The translations under genes and the position numbers were made by a program. From positions 1 to 31,558 of IMG/VR virus record IMGVR_UViG_3300045988_122024: a stretch of DNA of 31,558 nucleotides; one strand, written 5' to 3'. The notes below the pieces were generated by a model, which was not told where the DNA came from, searched no databases, and saw nothing but the letters and a program-made list of their open reading frames with translations. This DNA is from a virus. Positions within the stretch are counted from its first letter, which is position 1; each line of letters opens with the position of its first letter. Of the stretch, positions 6,692 through 15,128 are shown piece after piece.

Positions 6692-6829
6692 ATGACACGC
6701 ATTAAGATTGACAAAAAGGAAGACAGCGAACAGCTCGCGCTTTTACTGATTAAAAACGGCTATAAGGTCAAAATCGTAAAGGAAAAGGTTACGGGCTCAA
6801 AACTGGCTTACTTTGTCGAATACGAATAA
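6692..6829 (+). CDS. Small hypothetical protein (45 aa)
   Basis: RBS agaggtggag 2 nt upstream of the ATG. First ORF after the promoter. Translated by hand. Confidence 0.5.
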   Translation: MTRIKIDKKEDSEQLALLLIKNGYKVKIVKEKVTGSKLAYFVEYE

Positions 6830-6843
6830 AGAGGGGTTCGGAC

Positions 6844-7245
6844 GTGGGCAAAAACAAAGACACATTTTTTGATAAACAACAAACTGGCGGTCGTCCCTTG
6901 CTTGTACTCAATCAGGCAGGGATTGACCTCGTTCAGGCTTTGGGCAGACTTCAATGCACAAATGATGAAATAGCAAGCTGTTTAGGAACTACCGACACAA
7001 CCTTGCTCAACGCTCAAAATAAAGAGGTCTTTTTGGGAGCACTCGAAAAAGGCAAGGCCGAGGGAAGAATGTCCCTGCGAAGAATCCAGATGAAGCTTGC
7101 GGAAACTTCCGCCACAATGGCTATCTTTTTAGGCAAGCAGATTTTAGGCCAAAGGGAGAATGTCGAACCGCAAAGGCTTGTTCTTGAGAACGACAACGTC
7201 AAGGCCGTTCTTACCGAGCTAAAGAAAGATGCTGAAGCCGAATAA
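6844..7245 (+). CDS. terS: Terminase small subunit
   Basis: GTG start with RBS agagggg. HTH-like segment (CTNDEIASCLGTTDTTL) and ...TMAIFLGKQILGQRE, typical of small terminases. Lies immediately upstream of and overlaps TerL. Confidence 0.7.
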   Translation: MGKNKDTFFDKQQTGGRPLLVLNQAGIDLVQALGRLQCTNDEIASCLGTTDTTLLNAQNKEVFLGALEKGKAEGRMSLRRIQMKLAETSATMAIFLGKQILGQRENVEPQRLVLENDNVKAVLTELKKDAEAE

Positions 7246-8551
7246 AAAGCTCATTGACACGCTCCGAATCGGTTTAAGACCAACGACAAGGCTGTTTGTT
7301 TTTGAGGGGACGATAAGGTCGTCAAAAACGGTTATAGCGAAACAGCTGTTCTTTTACAAGGTTTACGACAGCGACGCTCCGTTACACCTCATTGCAGGCA
7401 AAGACCTTGACACGATAAAAAACAACATACTCGAGGACGAACTCGGGCTTTTGACGTTATATCCCGAATACTGCTCACTGGAAAAGGACAGAGTGGGGCG
7501 GTCTTATGTCAGAATGGAAACGCCGAAAGGGGTTAAAAAAATCCTTTTGGCAGGGTATGCGGACAAATCGAAGTGGACGAACATCGTCGGCTTGTCGATA
7601 GAAAACATTTTTGTTGACGAGGTAAACGTTGCGAACAAACAGTTTATAGACGAATGCTTCGCAAGGCAAGTTTCGTTTGACAATCCGCTTACGGTTTGGA
7701 CTTTGAACGGCGACGCTCCGACGCATTACATTTACACCGACTACATCAACAGGTGCGAAACGGTGGGCGATGTCCCTGCCTCAATAAGAGCAGACATGGA
7801 CAGAACGCCGAAAACGAAAGGCTGGTTATACGAGCATTTCACAATGGCCGACAATCCTATAATGACGCCTGAAAAGATAGCCGCCGCCGAAAGGATTTAT
7901 CCGAAAGGGAGCTATTACTACACGATAAAGATTTTAGGCGAAAGAGGAACGCCGAACGACAACATCTTCATTGAGTATATGTCGGACGACCTATTCGAGG
8001 ACGTGGACACGCTCGAATATTCAGAGTGGGGTGTTGGAGTTGACATAGGCGCAACGAGGGCGAAGAACTCCGTTTGTTTGATTGGCTGGAAACCTGACTA
8101 TTCAAAGGTTTGTATCTGCGACCTTGTGGAGTTTCAACAGTGCGGTTATGCGGCGAAGACGGAAAAGCTGATTGCGGCTATACAGAGGTGGGGACAGATT
8201 GTCCCTATAAGCTATGTTGCGGTTGACAGTGCGGAACAGAACTACATTGAGGACTTGAAAACACGCTTCAAAAAAGAACATTTACCGCCGGTCATCGGTT
8301 CCTATAAGGCTACAATCAAAGAGCGAATAGATATGCTTATAATCGGGTTTGCAACTGGCAGGATAGTGTTTAACAAAAACGAGGGCGGCCGCAAAGCCTA
8401 TAACGCTTACAGAATGGCGAAGTGGGCAGAGGGGCAGAAAGGGCAAAAACGTGAGGACTTGAACGAACCGCAGAACGACATAATGGACAGTGCGGAGTAC
8501 GGCTTGACAAGGCACATGCGAGCATTTTTGAGGTCAAACAATGAGAATTAG
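7229..8551 (+). CDS. terL: Terminase large subunit (PBSX/Terminase_3-like)
   Basis: Walker A-like FEGTIRSSKT and Walker B-like IFVDEVN. 440 aa. C-terminal nuclease-like region with acidic residues (VGVDIG..., AVDSAE...). Confidence 0.88.
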   Translation: MLKPNKKLIDTLRIGLRPTTRLFVFEGTIRSSKTVIAKQLFFYKVYDSDAPLHLIAGKDLDTIKNNILEDELGLLTLYPEYCSLEKDRVGRSYVRMETPKGVKKILLAGYADKSKWTNIVGLSIENIFVDEVNVANKQFIDECFARQVSFDNPLTVWTLNGDAPTHYIYTDYINRCETVGDVPASIRADMDRTPKTKGWLYEHFTMADNPIMTPEKIAAAERIYPKGSYYYTIKILGERGTPNDNIFIEYMSDDLFEDVDTLEYSEWGVGVDIGATRAKNSVCLIGWKPDYSKVCICDLVEFQQCGYAAKTEKLIAAIQRWGQIVPISYVAVDSAEQNYIEDLKTRFKKEHLPPVIGSYKATIKERIDMLIIGFATGRIVFNKNEGGRKAYNAYRMAKWAEGQKGQKREDLNEPQNDIMDSAEYGLTRHMRAFLRSNNEN

Positions 8552-10193
8552 AGATTACTTCAGAAACAGGCGATACAAGAGGTTTAACGAGGATATGGAA
8601 AGATACAGAAAAGAGTTTGAGTTTAATCCAGCGTTGACGGCGAGGTTAGGGATAAGCGAAGAACAGGACTTTTCACAAACCATACAGGAGTATAAGATTT
8701 GGGCGCAAGGAAATCCTTACGCCTTACGGCTTTTGTATCATACTTGGATTATCGGGACAAACTCGTTCTTCTGGCGCAGAGTTCCGGACGGAAACCGAAT
8801 GATACACAGCGGATTGCCGAGCAGGATTTCAAACGCTATGGCGAACATTCTTTTCGGCAATCCTTTAATCATAAAGGCGACTGTTTTCAATGAGGGCGAA
8901 ATAGACGAAAAAAAGACAAAGGCGGCCACGGACGTTCTGAAAGAGGTTTTTGACGAGATAGGTTTCAGCAAAGAGCTTATCAAGGGCGCAGTTTCGGAAA
9001 GTGTAACAGGGCACGTTTTTTACAAATTCAGCGTGGACACCGACCTTTCACCGCTTCCGATTCTCGAATGTTGCGACGTTACGCAAGCGAGGGTAGAAAA
9101 GGAAAGAGGAAAGACGATTGCAATCGTTTTCAAATCTTACCTCGAACACAAGGGCGACAAGTATTGTTTGCACGAAAGATACGGCAGGGACGAAAAGGGC
9201 GACGCTACAATCGAGTATTCGCTTTGGCGAGCCGATAAAGAGGTTCCGTTGACGGCAATTCCGCAGACTTACGATTTGGCAGAAAACCCGAAAGTAACGT
9301 TTGAGGGAATTCAAGGGCTGTTGGCTTTCGAGAAGCCGAACAAAACGCCGTCGTTGAGGTTCCCGAACTCGCCTTATGGTGCTTCCGACTATGAGGGTGC
9401 AATTCCGAGCTTTGACGGACTGGACGAAATCGTTTCGGAGCTGTCGGAAGAAACAAGGACGAACAAAACAAAGGTTTATATCCCTGACAATATGATTCCG
9501 AAAAAAGAGGTAAAACTCGCAAACGGAAAAACCGTATTAAAGGACGACCTACGGGACGACTTCACACAAAAGTTTGTCAAGGTTATATCAGACCCCGACC
9601 AAAAGAGCACCGACCAAATGACGTGGACGCAAATTCCCGACAAGTATCAGTCCCTTATGGAAAAATTGCGTTTCTACCTTACGAACGCAATAAACGTTGC
9701 AGGGCTATCTCCGTTCGCTTTGGGCATAACGGGACTTGAAAGCGTTTCGGCTTCTGCGGAAAGTCAGCAGGAAAGAAACAAGACCACAATCGACACAAGG
9801 AAAATGAAAGTCCAGCTTTGGACGCCGTTTTTGGAAAATATGTTGACGAGGTGTTTGGAGCTTACGTCGTGGATAAAACAACACGCAGACGTTGGACTTC
9901 CGTTTGACATCGACCAGCTCGATTACGAGAACACCGCCGTTTCGGTTGACTTTGGCGATTACGTCCAAGACACGCAAAAAGAGCTTTTGACCGATTGGGG
10001 CAACGCTTATATGCAAAAGATTGTTTCTTTGGAAAACGTCGTGCGACATGTCAACAAGAATATGTCCGAGGACGAACTCCAAAACGAACTCAACCTTATA
10101 AAGATTGAACAGGGAATGAGTGTTGACAACCCGAACGCTCTTCCCGAGCTTGACAGTCTGATAAACGAGGTCGGAGATGTTGGCGAAAGATAA
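8541..10193 (+). CDS. Portal protein (SPP1 gp6-like by size and position)
   Basis: 550 aa. Directly follows and overlaps TerL, and is followed by a MuF/gp7-like gene. Confidence 0.8.
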   Translation: MRIRDYFRNRRYKRFNEDMERYRKEFEFNPALTARLGISEEQDFSQTIQEYKIWAQGNPYALRLLYHTWIIGTNSFFWRRVPDGNRMIHSGLPSRISNAMANILFGNPLIIKATVFNEGEIDEKKTKAATDVLKEVFDEIGFSKELIKGAVSESVTGHVFYKFSVDTDLSPLPILECCDVTQARVEKERGKTIAIVFKSYLEHKGDKYCLHERYGRDEKGDATIEYSLWRADKEVPLTAIPQTYDLAENPKVTFEGIQGLLAFEKPNKTPSLRFPNSPYGASDYEGAIPSFDGLDEIVSELSEETRTNKTKVYIPDNMIPKKEVKLANGKTVLKDDLRDDFTQKFVKVISDPDQKSTDQMTWTQIPDKYQSLMEKLRFYLTNAINVAGLSPFALGITGLESVSASAESQQERNKTTIDTRKMKVQLWTPFLENMLTRCLELTSWIKQHADVGLPFDIDQLDYENTAVSVDFGDYVQDTQKELLTDWGNAYMQKIVSLENVVRHVNKNMSEDELQNELNLIKIEQGMSVDNPNALPELDSLINEVGDVGER

Positions 10194-11163
10194 GGCGCAG
10201 GCTTCTTTGCTTGCTCTCAATAAAGTCATAGCGGATATTAAAACCGAGATAGCGAAGTCGAACGCAGAGGGGCGGCCGCAAGCAGAGCTGTCGAAAAGCC
10301 TTGCAAAACTCATTTCGGATTATTGCAAAACGATTGAAAACCCAAAGGAAAGAGAGGTTACGAAAAAGGCACTTGTCGCTTCCGCAAAAAAGTGGAACTG
10401 GTATCTCGCTTATACTTACAATATTTTGAACAACAATCTTGCTAACAGCGATTACGGACAGGCGAAAGGTTCACAGCTTTTGGGCGAGGTCAGGCGGTAT
10501 CTCAACGACGGAAAGAGCTTCGGTGTTCCTATCATTGCGGACTATCAAAGGAAACTTCAAATTGCTTTGGAAGCGTTGGCGGCAGAACCGCCGATTGCAG
10601 GCGATATTCGAAACGGAGAAAGCTATGTCGTTTCTCTCCGCAACAGAGCGGAAATGGCGGTCAGGTTTGAGGCGAATATGGAAGACCTCGCCGCACTCAA
10701 AGCAAAGGGCGTTCGGTTAGTCTGGACGACTTCTCATCCAAACTGCTCGCCGAGGTGTGCAAAGTGGCAAGGGCGGTTATATAGTTTAGACGGCACATAC
10801 GGCGTGGAAAACGGCAATCGTTACGAACCTATCGAAAACGCTATGCGAGGGGTAAATAACGACGGAAACGGCATTTTAAGCGGTTTCAACTGCCGACACA
10901 GAGTTATCGCTTACATAGGGCAGAAAGCTCCGCAGGAATATTCAGAAGCGGAAATCAAACGGGAATATGCGGTTGACCGAATGCAAAGAACTTACGAAAC
11001 GGAAATTTACAAAGTGAAACAACAGGCGGCGGTTATGAGGGCGAGCGGCGGAGAAAAGGAAGCCGACAGGCTCTCGGCCAAAGCTGAAAGGTTAGAACGG
11101 ATTTATCGGAAAAAATCGTTAATGAACGGGCGGCCGATTTATCCTTACAGATACACTATATAA
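10177..11163 (+). CDS. Head morphogenesis / minor capsid protein (Mu F, SPP1 gp7-like)
   Basis: Conserved C-terminal pattern TSHPNCSPRC...GFNCRHRV, typical of the Phage_Mu_F family. Position is directly after the portal gene. Confidence 0.8.
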   Translation: MLAKDKAQASLLALNKVIADIKTEIAKSNAEGRPQAELSKSLAKLISDYCKTIENPKEREVTKKALVASAKKWNWYLAYTYNILNNNLANSDYGQAKGSQLLGEVRRYLNDGKSFGVPIIADYQRKLQIALEALAAEPPIAGDIRNGESYVVSLRNRAEMAVRFEANMEDLAALKAKGVRLVWTTSHPNCSPRCAKWQGRLYSLDGTYGVENGNRYEPIENAMRGVNNDGNGILSGFNCRHRVIAYIGQKAPQEYSEAEIKREYAVDRMQRTYETEIYKVKQQAAVMRASGGEKEADRLSAKAERLERIYRKKSLMNGRPIYPYRYTI

Positions 11164-11249
11164 AAACGAATGGCTGGCGAAAACAGCTATTTGACATAAA
11201 AGAAACTCAATCGTCGGCGACGACGTAAAACACCGTAGAGGAGGCTTAT

Positions 11250-11810
11250 ATGGCAAATTTTGAACAACTCAAAGGCAAACTGACCGAGGACATCTACAAT
11301 TCTTTGTCTGAACAGCTGAAAGACGAAAAAGACCTTTTCGTCGGGTTCGGGAACTTTATACCTCACAGCAGACTGAAAGAGGAAAGCGACAAGGTAAAAG
11401 AGCTTCAAACCCAACTGGCCGAAAGGGATAAACAATTGACGGAGCTTGCGGACAGCAACAAGTCGAACGCTGAACTCAAGGCGCAAATCGAAAAGCTCAC
11501 GGCTGAAAATCAAAAGGCGGCCGAGAACTACGAAAAGAACTTAACGGAAATCAAAGTGAAACACTCCGTTTTTGACGGCCTGAAAGAAGCAGGAGCGAAA
11601 CATCCTGAACTCTTGCAAGGTTTTGTTGAAAGGGACAAACTCACGTTTGAGGGCGAAAAGCTCAACGGTTTTGAAGAACAGCTCAAAGGCTTGAAAGAGA
11701 AATATCCCGATTTATTCGCAGAGAAAGAACCTATCAAGGCAGGCAAGAAAATCTCTCCGCCGCCAGATGGGGACGACGCAAAAATGCGAACCGCTTTCGG
11801 GCTTAAGTAA
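11250..11810 (+). CDS. Scaffolding protein (GP20-like)
   Basis: Strong RBS gaggaggc. Highly charged helical 186-aa protein immediately upstream of the capsid gene. Confidence 0.7.
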   Translation: MANFEQLKGKLTEDIYNSLSEQLKDEKDLFVGFGNFIPHSRLKEESDKVKELQTQLAERDKQLTELADSNKSNAELKAQIEKLTAENQKAAENYEKNLTEIKVKHSVFDGLKEAGAKHPELLQGFVERDKLTFEGEKLNGFEEQLKGLKEKYPDLFAEKEPIKAGKKISPPPDGDDAKMRTAFGLK

Positions 11811-11839
11811 AAACTAAAAAATTATAGGAGATTAAAATT

Positions 11840-12730
11840 ATGGCAAACTCTATTGCACTTGCGGAAAAATATCAACCGCTTTTGGACGAAGTGTATAAAA
11901 CCGCTTCTAAAACCGTCGACCTCGAGAGCGCTCCTGTTCTGTTCGACGGCGCACAAACCGTTAAGGTTTTGAAAGTCGCACTTGACCCGCTTTCGAACTA
12001 TTCGAGAAACAGCGGCTTCACCGACGGCTCCGTTACCGCTAACTGGGAGAGCATGAATCTCACCCAAGACCGTGGCAAGGAATTTAACCTTGACGTTATG
12101 GACAACGAGGAAACCCTCGACGTTATGGCCGGCAACCTTTTGGGAACCTTTATCCGTCAGAAAGTCGTTCCTGAAATCGACGCTTACCGTTTCGCCACTT
12201 TGGCACAGAAAGCCGGCATTTCCAAAGCTACCGCTGGCACTTTGACCGACGCAACCGTTGGCGCGGCAATCGACGACGCAATGGCAAAACTCACCAACGA
12301 CGAAGTTCCGCTCGAAGATAGAATCCTCTATCTCACTCCTGCGGTTTATCAGATGTTGAAGAGAGCTCAGCCTTACCGTTTCGCAAACGGCGACACCAAC
12401 CTTAACAGAAACTTTGACGTGTTCGACGGAATGAAAGTGGTTCAGGTTCCTGAAAGCCGCTTCTACACCAAGATTGACGTCAAAGCAGGCAACACCACGG
12501 GCGACACTGGCGGTTTCGCAAAAGCTGACGACGGCGCTCAAATCAACTTTATGATTGTCGCAAAATCTGCGGTTATCGCTGTTGCAAAACACGTTCGTTT
12601 GAGAATTTTCACTCCTGACGAAAACCAAGAAATGGACGCGTACAAATTCCAGTACAGGATTTATCACGACGAGTTCGTCTATGACAACAAAGTCGCAGGT
12701 ATTTATCTGCACGCACAAGCTGCGGCTTAA
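11840..12730 (+). CDS. Major capsid protein
   Basis: 296 aa. Position after the scaffold, strongly biased codon use, and followed by a strong stem-loop terminator. Confidence 0.75.
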   Translation: MANSIALAEKYQPLLDEVYKTASKTVDLESAPVLFDGAQTVKVLKVALDPLSNYSRNSGFTDGSVTANWESMNLTQDRGKEFNLDVMDNEETLDVMAGNLLGTFIRQKVVPEIDAYRFATLAQKAGISKATAGTLTDATVGAAIDDAMAKLTNDEVPLEDRILYLTPAVYQMLKRAQPYRFANGDTNLNRNFDVFDGMKVVQVPESRFYTKIDVKAGNTTGDTGGFAKADDGAQINFMIVAKSAVIAVAKHVRLRIFTPDENQEMDAYKFQYRIYHDEFVYDNKVAGIYLHAQAAA

Positions 12731-12744
12731 AAACCTAAACAAAA

Positions 12745-12779
12745 GGGGGTGGGGGAATTCCCCTGCCCCTGACTTTTTA
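12745..12779 (+). terminator. Intrinsic terminator after the capsid gene
   Basis: GGGGGTGGGGG-aatt-CCCCTGCCCC stem (about 10 bp including G-U pairs), then gaCTTTTT. Confidence 0.7.
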
Positions 12780-12794
12780 TAAGAGGTGGCAAAA

Positions 12795-13211
12795 ATGACA
12801 ATAACGGAAGCTCAAAAGTTTTTGGACGATTACGAAAGCCGATTCGGCGAGAACCTGTCTGACGTTCTGAAAGCAATGCCCGAACCTATGCAGGACGTGG
12901 CGTTTGTCAACAGAGTGGATAGGCATATAACGCTCTATGTCAAAAGAACGAATCCGACGTTCCGTGAGGAAAGACTGGCCGAAGAGCAGAAAGAAGCGTT
13001 TTACAATGCGAAGCTCGAGCAAGCGTTTTACTGGACGAAGGTGGGCGACTTCACAACGATTGTCGGCATAAACTTTGACACGAACGCAACGATAAGCGAA
13101 GACGAGCTTTTGCGGCGTTATCTCGCACCTATGGCGAGGTTGGAACTGTCTGTCGGCGGCCTTTTATACAGAGGCGGAAGAACAACGTGGGGTGATTTGA
13201 GTGATTTTTAG
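12795..13211 (+). CDS. Head-tail connector/completion protein (by position)
   Basis: ATG 12795 follows RBS aagaggtgg. The ORF-track GTG 12786 lies inside the RBS. Confidence 0.6.
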   Translation: MTITEAQKFLDDYESRFGENLSDVLKAMPEPMQDVAFVNRVDRHITLYVKRTNPTFREERLAEEQKEAFYNAKLEQAFYWTKVGDFTTIVGINFDTNATISEDELLRRYLAPMARLELSVGGLLYRGGRTTWGDLSDF

Positions 13212-13506
13212 AACGGCATATCTTAAAAGGCGCGTTTTGGACGGAGAAACGAACATTGAGGAATACAAGGTTCAGCCTTTCAAAGCGTGGGAAAAAGACC
13301 GCAGAGAAGAGCAAATTTCGCCAACGGTTGGACTTCTGTCCCCTCGTCGTTCCGTTACGCTTTTCTCCGAAAGCAAAGTCCTTGAGGGGGTTTTGGCTGA
13401 TGATGTGGTAGAGTGGAACGGACACGATTACTCGGTCGAGAGCGTTTATGTGCGGCCGTCCTCACGTTCGGCAAACAGCAAGGTTTTCACCTTAACGCTT
13501 GTATGA
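13201..13506 (+). CDS. Head-tail adaptor-like hypothetical protein (101 aa)
   Basis: GTG start, 11-nt overlap with the upstream gene. No internal Met is available as an alternative start. Confidence 0.55.
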   Translation: MIFRTAYLKRRVLDGETNIEEYKVQPFKAWEKDRREEQISPTVGLLSPRRSVTLFSESKVLEGVLADDVVEWNGHDYSVESVYVRPSSRSANSKVFTLTLV

Positions 13507-13886
13507 TACGGGATAGGCTATTCCTTGCGGCGGACTTTTTGTGTTCGGCTCTCAAAGCAATATGCCCTTACGACACGGGCAACCTTTGCAACTCGATAAG
13601 GGTTTACGAAACGGAGCAGGGTGTTTTTGTCGGCATAGGCGACGAAACCACGCCTTATGAAAACAAAGATACGACCGTCAACTATGTGGCGATTAAAACA
13701 AACGAACCGTGGAAGCACGGGAACAATCCGAATGAGGGTTGGATAGAAAGGGGGATAAACTCCGCACTGGAAACAATGCGGCAAATCCTCGGCGGCGACC
13801 TTACCGACGAAGAGGCGAGGGAGCTTATAATGGAAAACGAACAGCGTCTTTATGAAAGACAGCAAGACAAGGCGGCAGAGCTATGA
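13503..13886 (+). CDS. Neck/tail-completion hypothetical protein (127 aa)
   Basis: In-frame ATG 13503 forms an ATGA overlap with the upstream stop. The ORF-track start 13413 would overlap the upstream gene by 94 nt. Confidence 0.6.
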   Translation: MIRDRLFLAADFLCSALKAICPYDTGNLCNSIRVYETEQGVFVGIGDETTPYENKDTTVNYVAIKTNEPWKHGNNPNEGWIERGINSALETMRQILGGDLTDEEARELIMENEQRLYERQQDKAAEL

Positions 13887-14719
13887 CTTTTCAAACATTT
13901 TTTACAAACTATATCGCAGAATGTCTGCACGCGAAACTTGACAAAGTTTACACCGTGGGCGCCGAAACAATGACCGAACCGCAGGAGATTATCGTTCGGG
14001 AAGATGTCGGAACGGACGCACTTTTTCTCAAGCCCGATTCCATTTTCCTTTTGTCGAAAGTCGGAGGGGCGGAACGTTCGGTTATCCCGAGCGTTGAAAA
14101 AACAAAGTGTCCGTTTCTGTTTACGCTCGTTTTCGACGTAAACAAGATTGACGAAGTGCGAAAAGCGATTGCGGAAATCTCGGAAGAGCAAACGGGGTTT
14201 TTGCAATTCACGATTGACGGGCAAAAAATTTACACAAAGCTATCGTTCGGCATTTACTCTTTCGCAACTCCGTTTGATATTTACACAAAGGGGGCAACGC
14301 CGAAAGCGGTGGTTTGTTCGTGGTATGTTTCGGCGGAATACTCGCCAAACGCTTATTTGGGCGGAATAATAGGAACGCTCAAAATCGGCGACACTTCCTA
14401 TCCGTTGAAGTATTGTTTTCAACAGCAAAACGGCTCGAATCCGAACTTTGCTCAAAGGCTACCTATGGGGAAGAAAGACCTCGAGTTTTCCAAAGTCAAC
14501 AACTCAAAGACCTGCACGCTGTCCATAGTGGCGGCGGCGGACGACAATCTGCAAAAGATTTTCCTCAAAGAGCTTTACGACGACAAGAACGGTGAGGGAC
14601 TGGCAGGGAAGAGTATTGTTTACACCGCCGAGGGGGAAACTTTTACGGCGCAATCGTACTCTCTGACAAAAGTCAATGCGCAGGACGGCGGCTATTATCT
14701 TTTAACTTTGACGAGGTGA
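13883..14719 (+). CDS. Tail structural protein (possible tail tube/major tail protein)
   Basis: 278 aa, ATGA overlap. Assigned by position only. Confidence 0.55.
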   Translation: MTFQTFFTNYIAECLHAKLDKVYTVGAETMTEPQEIIVREDVGTDALFLKPDSIFLLSKVGGAERSVIPSVEKTKCPFLFTLVFDVNKIDEVRKAIAEISEEQTGFLQFTIDGQKIYTKLSFGIYSFATPFDIYTKGATPKAVVCSWYVSAEYSPNAYLGGIIGTLKIGDTSYPLKYCFQQQNGSNPNFAQRLPMGKKDLEFSKVNNSKTCTLSIVAAADDNLQKIFLKELYDDKNGEGLAGKSIVYTAEGETFTAQSYSLTKVNAQDGGYYLLTLTR

Positions 14720-14723
14720 TTTT

Positions 14724-15128
14724 ATGCAAAAAAACGCGTATGTTATACCGATTAAAGCCGTTTACGAAACCGAGGTGAAAGACACGGAAAGTCCGTCCAC
14801 CACTCAAACTCCGAAAGAGAAAGAAAAAGAGGATAAGAGCGTGGGCAGAGTGATTGCCGTACAGTTTGCAAAAAAGGCGGCCACTTGGGCGGTTTCAGGC
14901 TATGGCGATTTGACAGGCGATTACTTGCGGCAGACGACCATAAACGAAGCGATTTCGGCGGCAACGCTCGTTGGGCAGGCGTTTTCTTCTCCGTTGGGCG
15001 CGGCAATGACTGTTGCGGCTTTGGGCATTACGGCGGCGAATAAAGCTGTCGAGTTAAGGAAGAACGAACAAGAGGTTGCGTTTTTGCGTGAAAGACTGGG
15101 CGACATTTCACAGAGGGGCGGTAGATGA
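14724..15128 (+). CDS. Structural hypothetical protein with Ala/Gly-rich hydrophobic segment (134 aa)
   Basis: RBS gaggtga. AISAATLVGQAFSSPLGAAMTVAALGITAANKAV resembles the hydrophobic segments of tape-measure or ejection proteins. Confidence 0.6.
   Translation: MQKNAYVIPIKAVYETEVKDTESPSTTQTPKEKEKEDKSVGRVIAVQFAKKAATWAVSGYGDLTGDYLRQTTINEAISAATLVGQAFSSPLGAAMTVAALGITAANKAVELRKNEQEVAFLRERLGDISQRGGR

Noticed and set aside
10439-10720. Same-strand overlapping ORFs of 60-136 aa (for example 205..615, 8699..8893, 10439..10720, 14314..14595, 15358..15633, 30143..30361)
   Set aside because: Each is embedded out of frame in a longer, well-supported gene. They are Arg/Gly/Lys-rich and have no RBS.
11822-12742. 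306-aa ORF on the minus strand
   Set aside because: It is exactly antisense to the major capsid gene, which has a strong RBS, a scaffold neighbour and a terminator. There is no RBS and no minus-strand genes occur anywhere else. Long antisense ORFs are expected opposite highly biased coding sequence.
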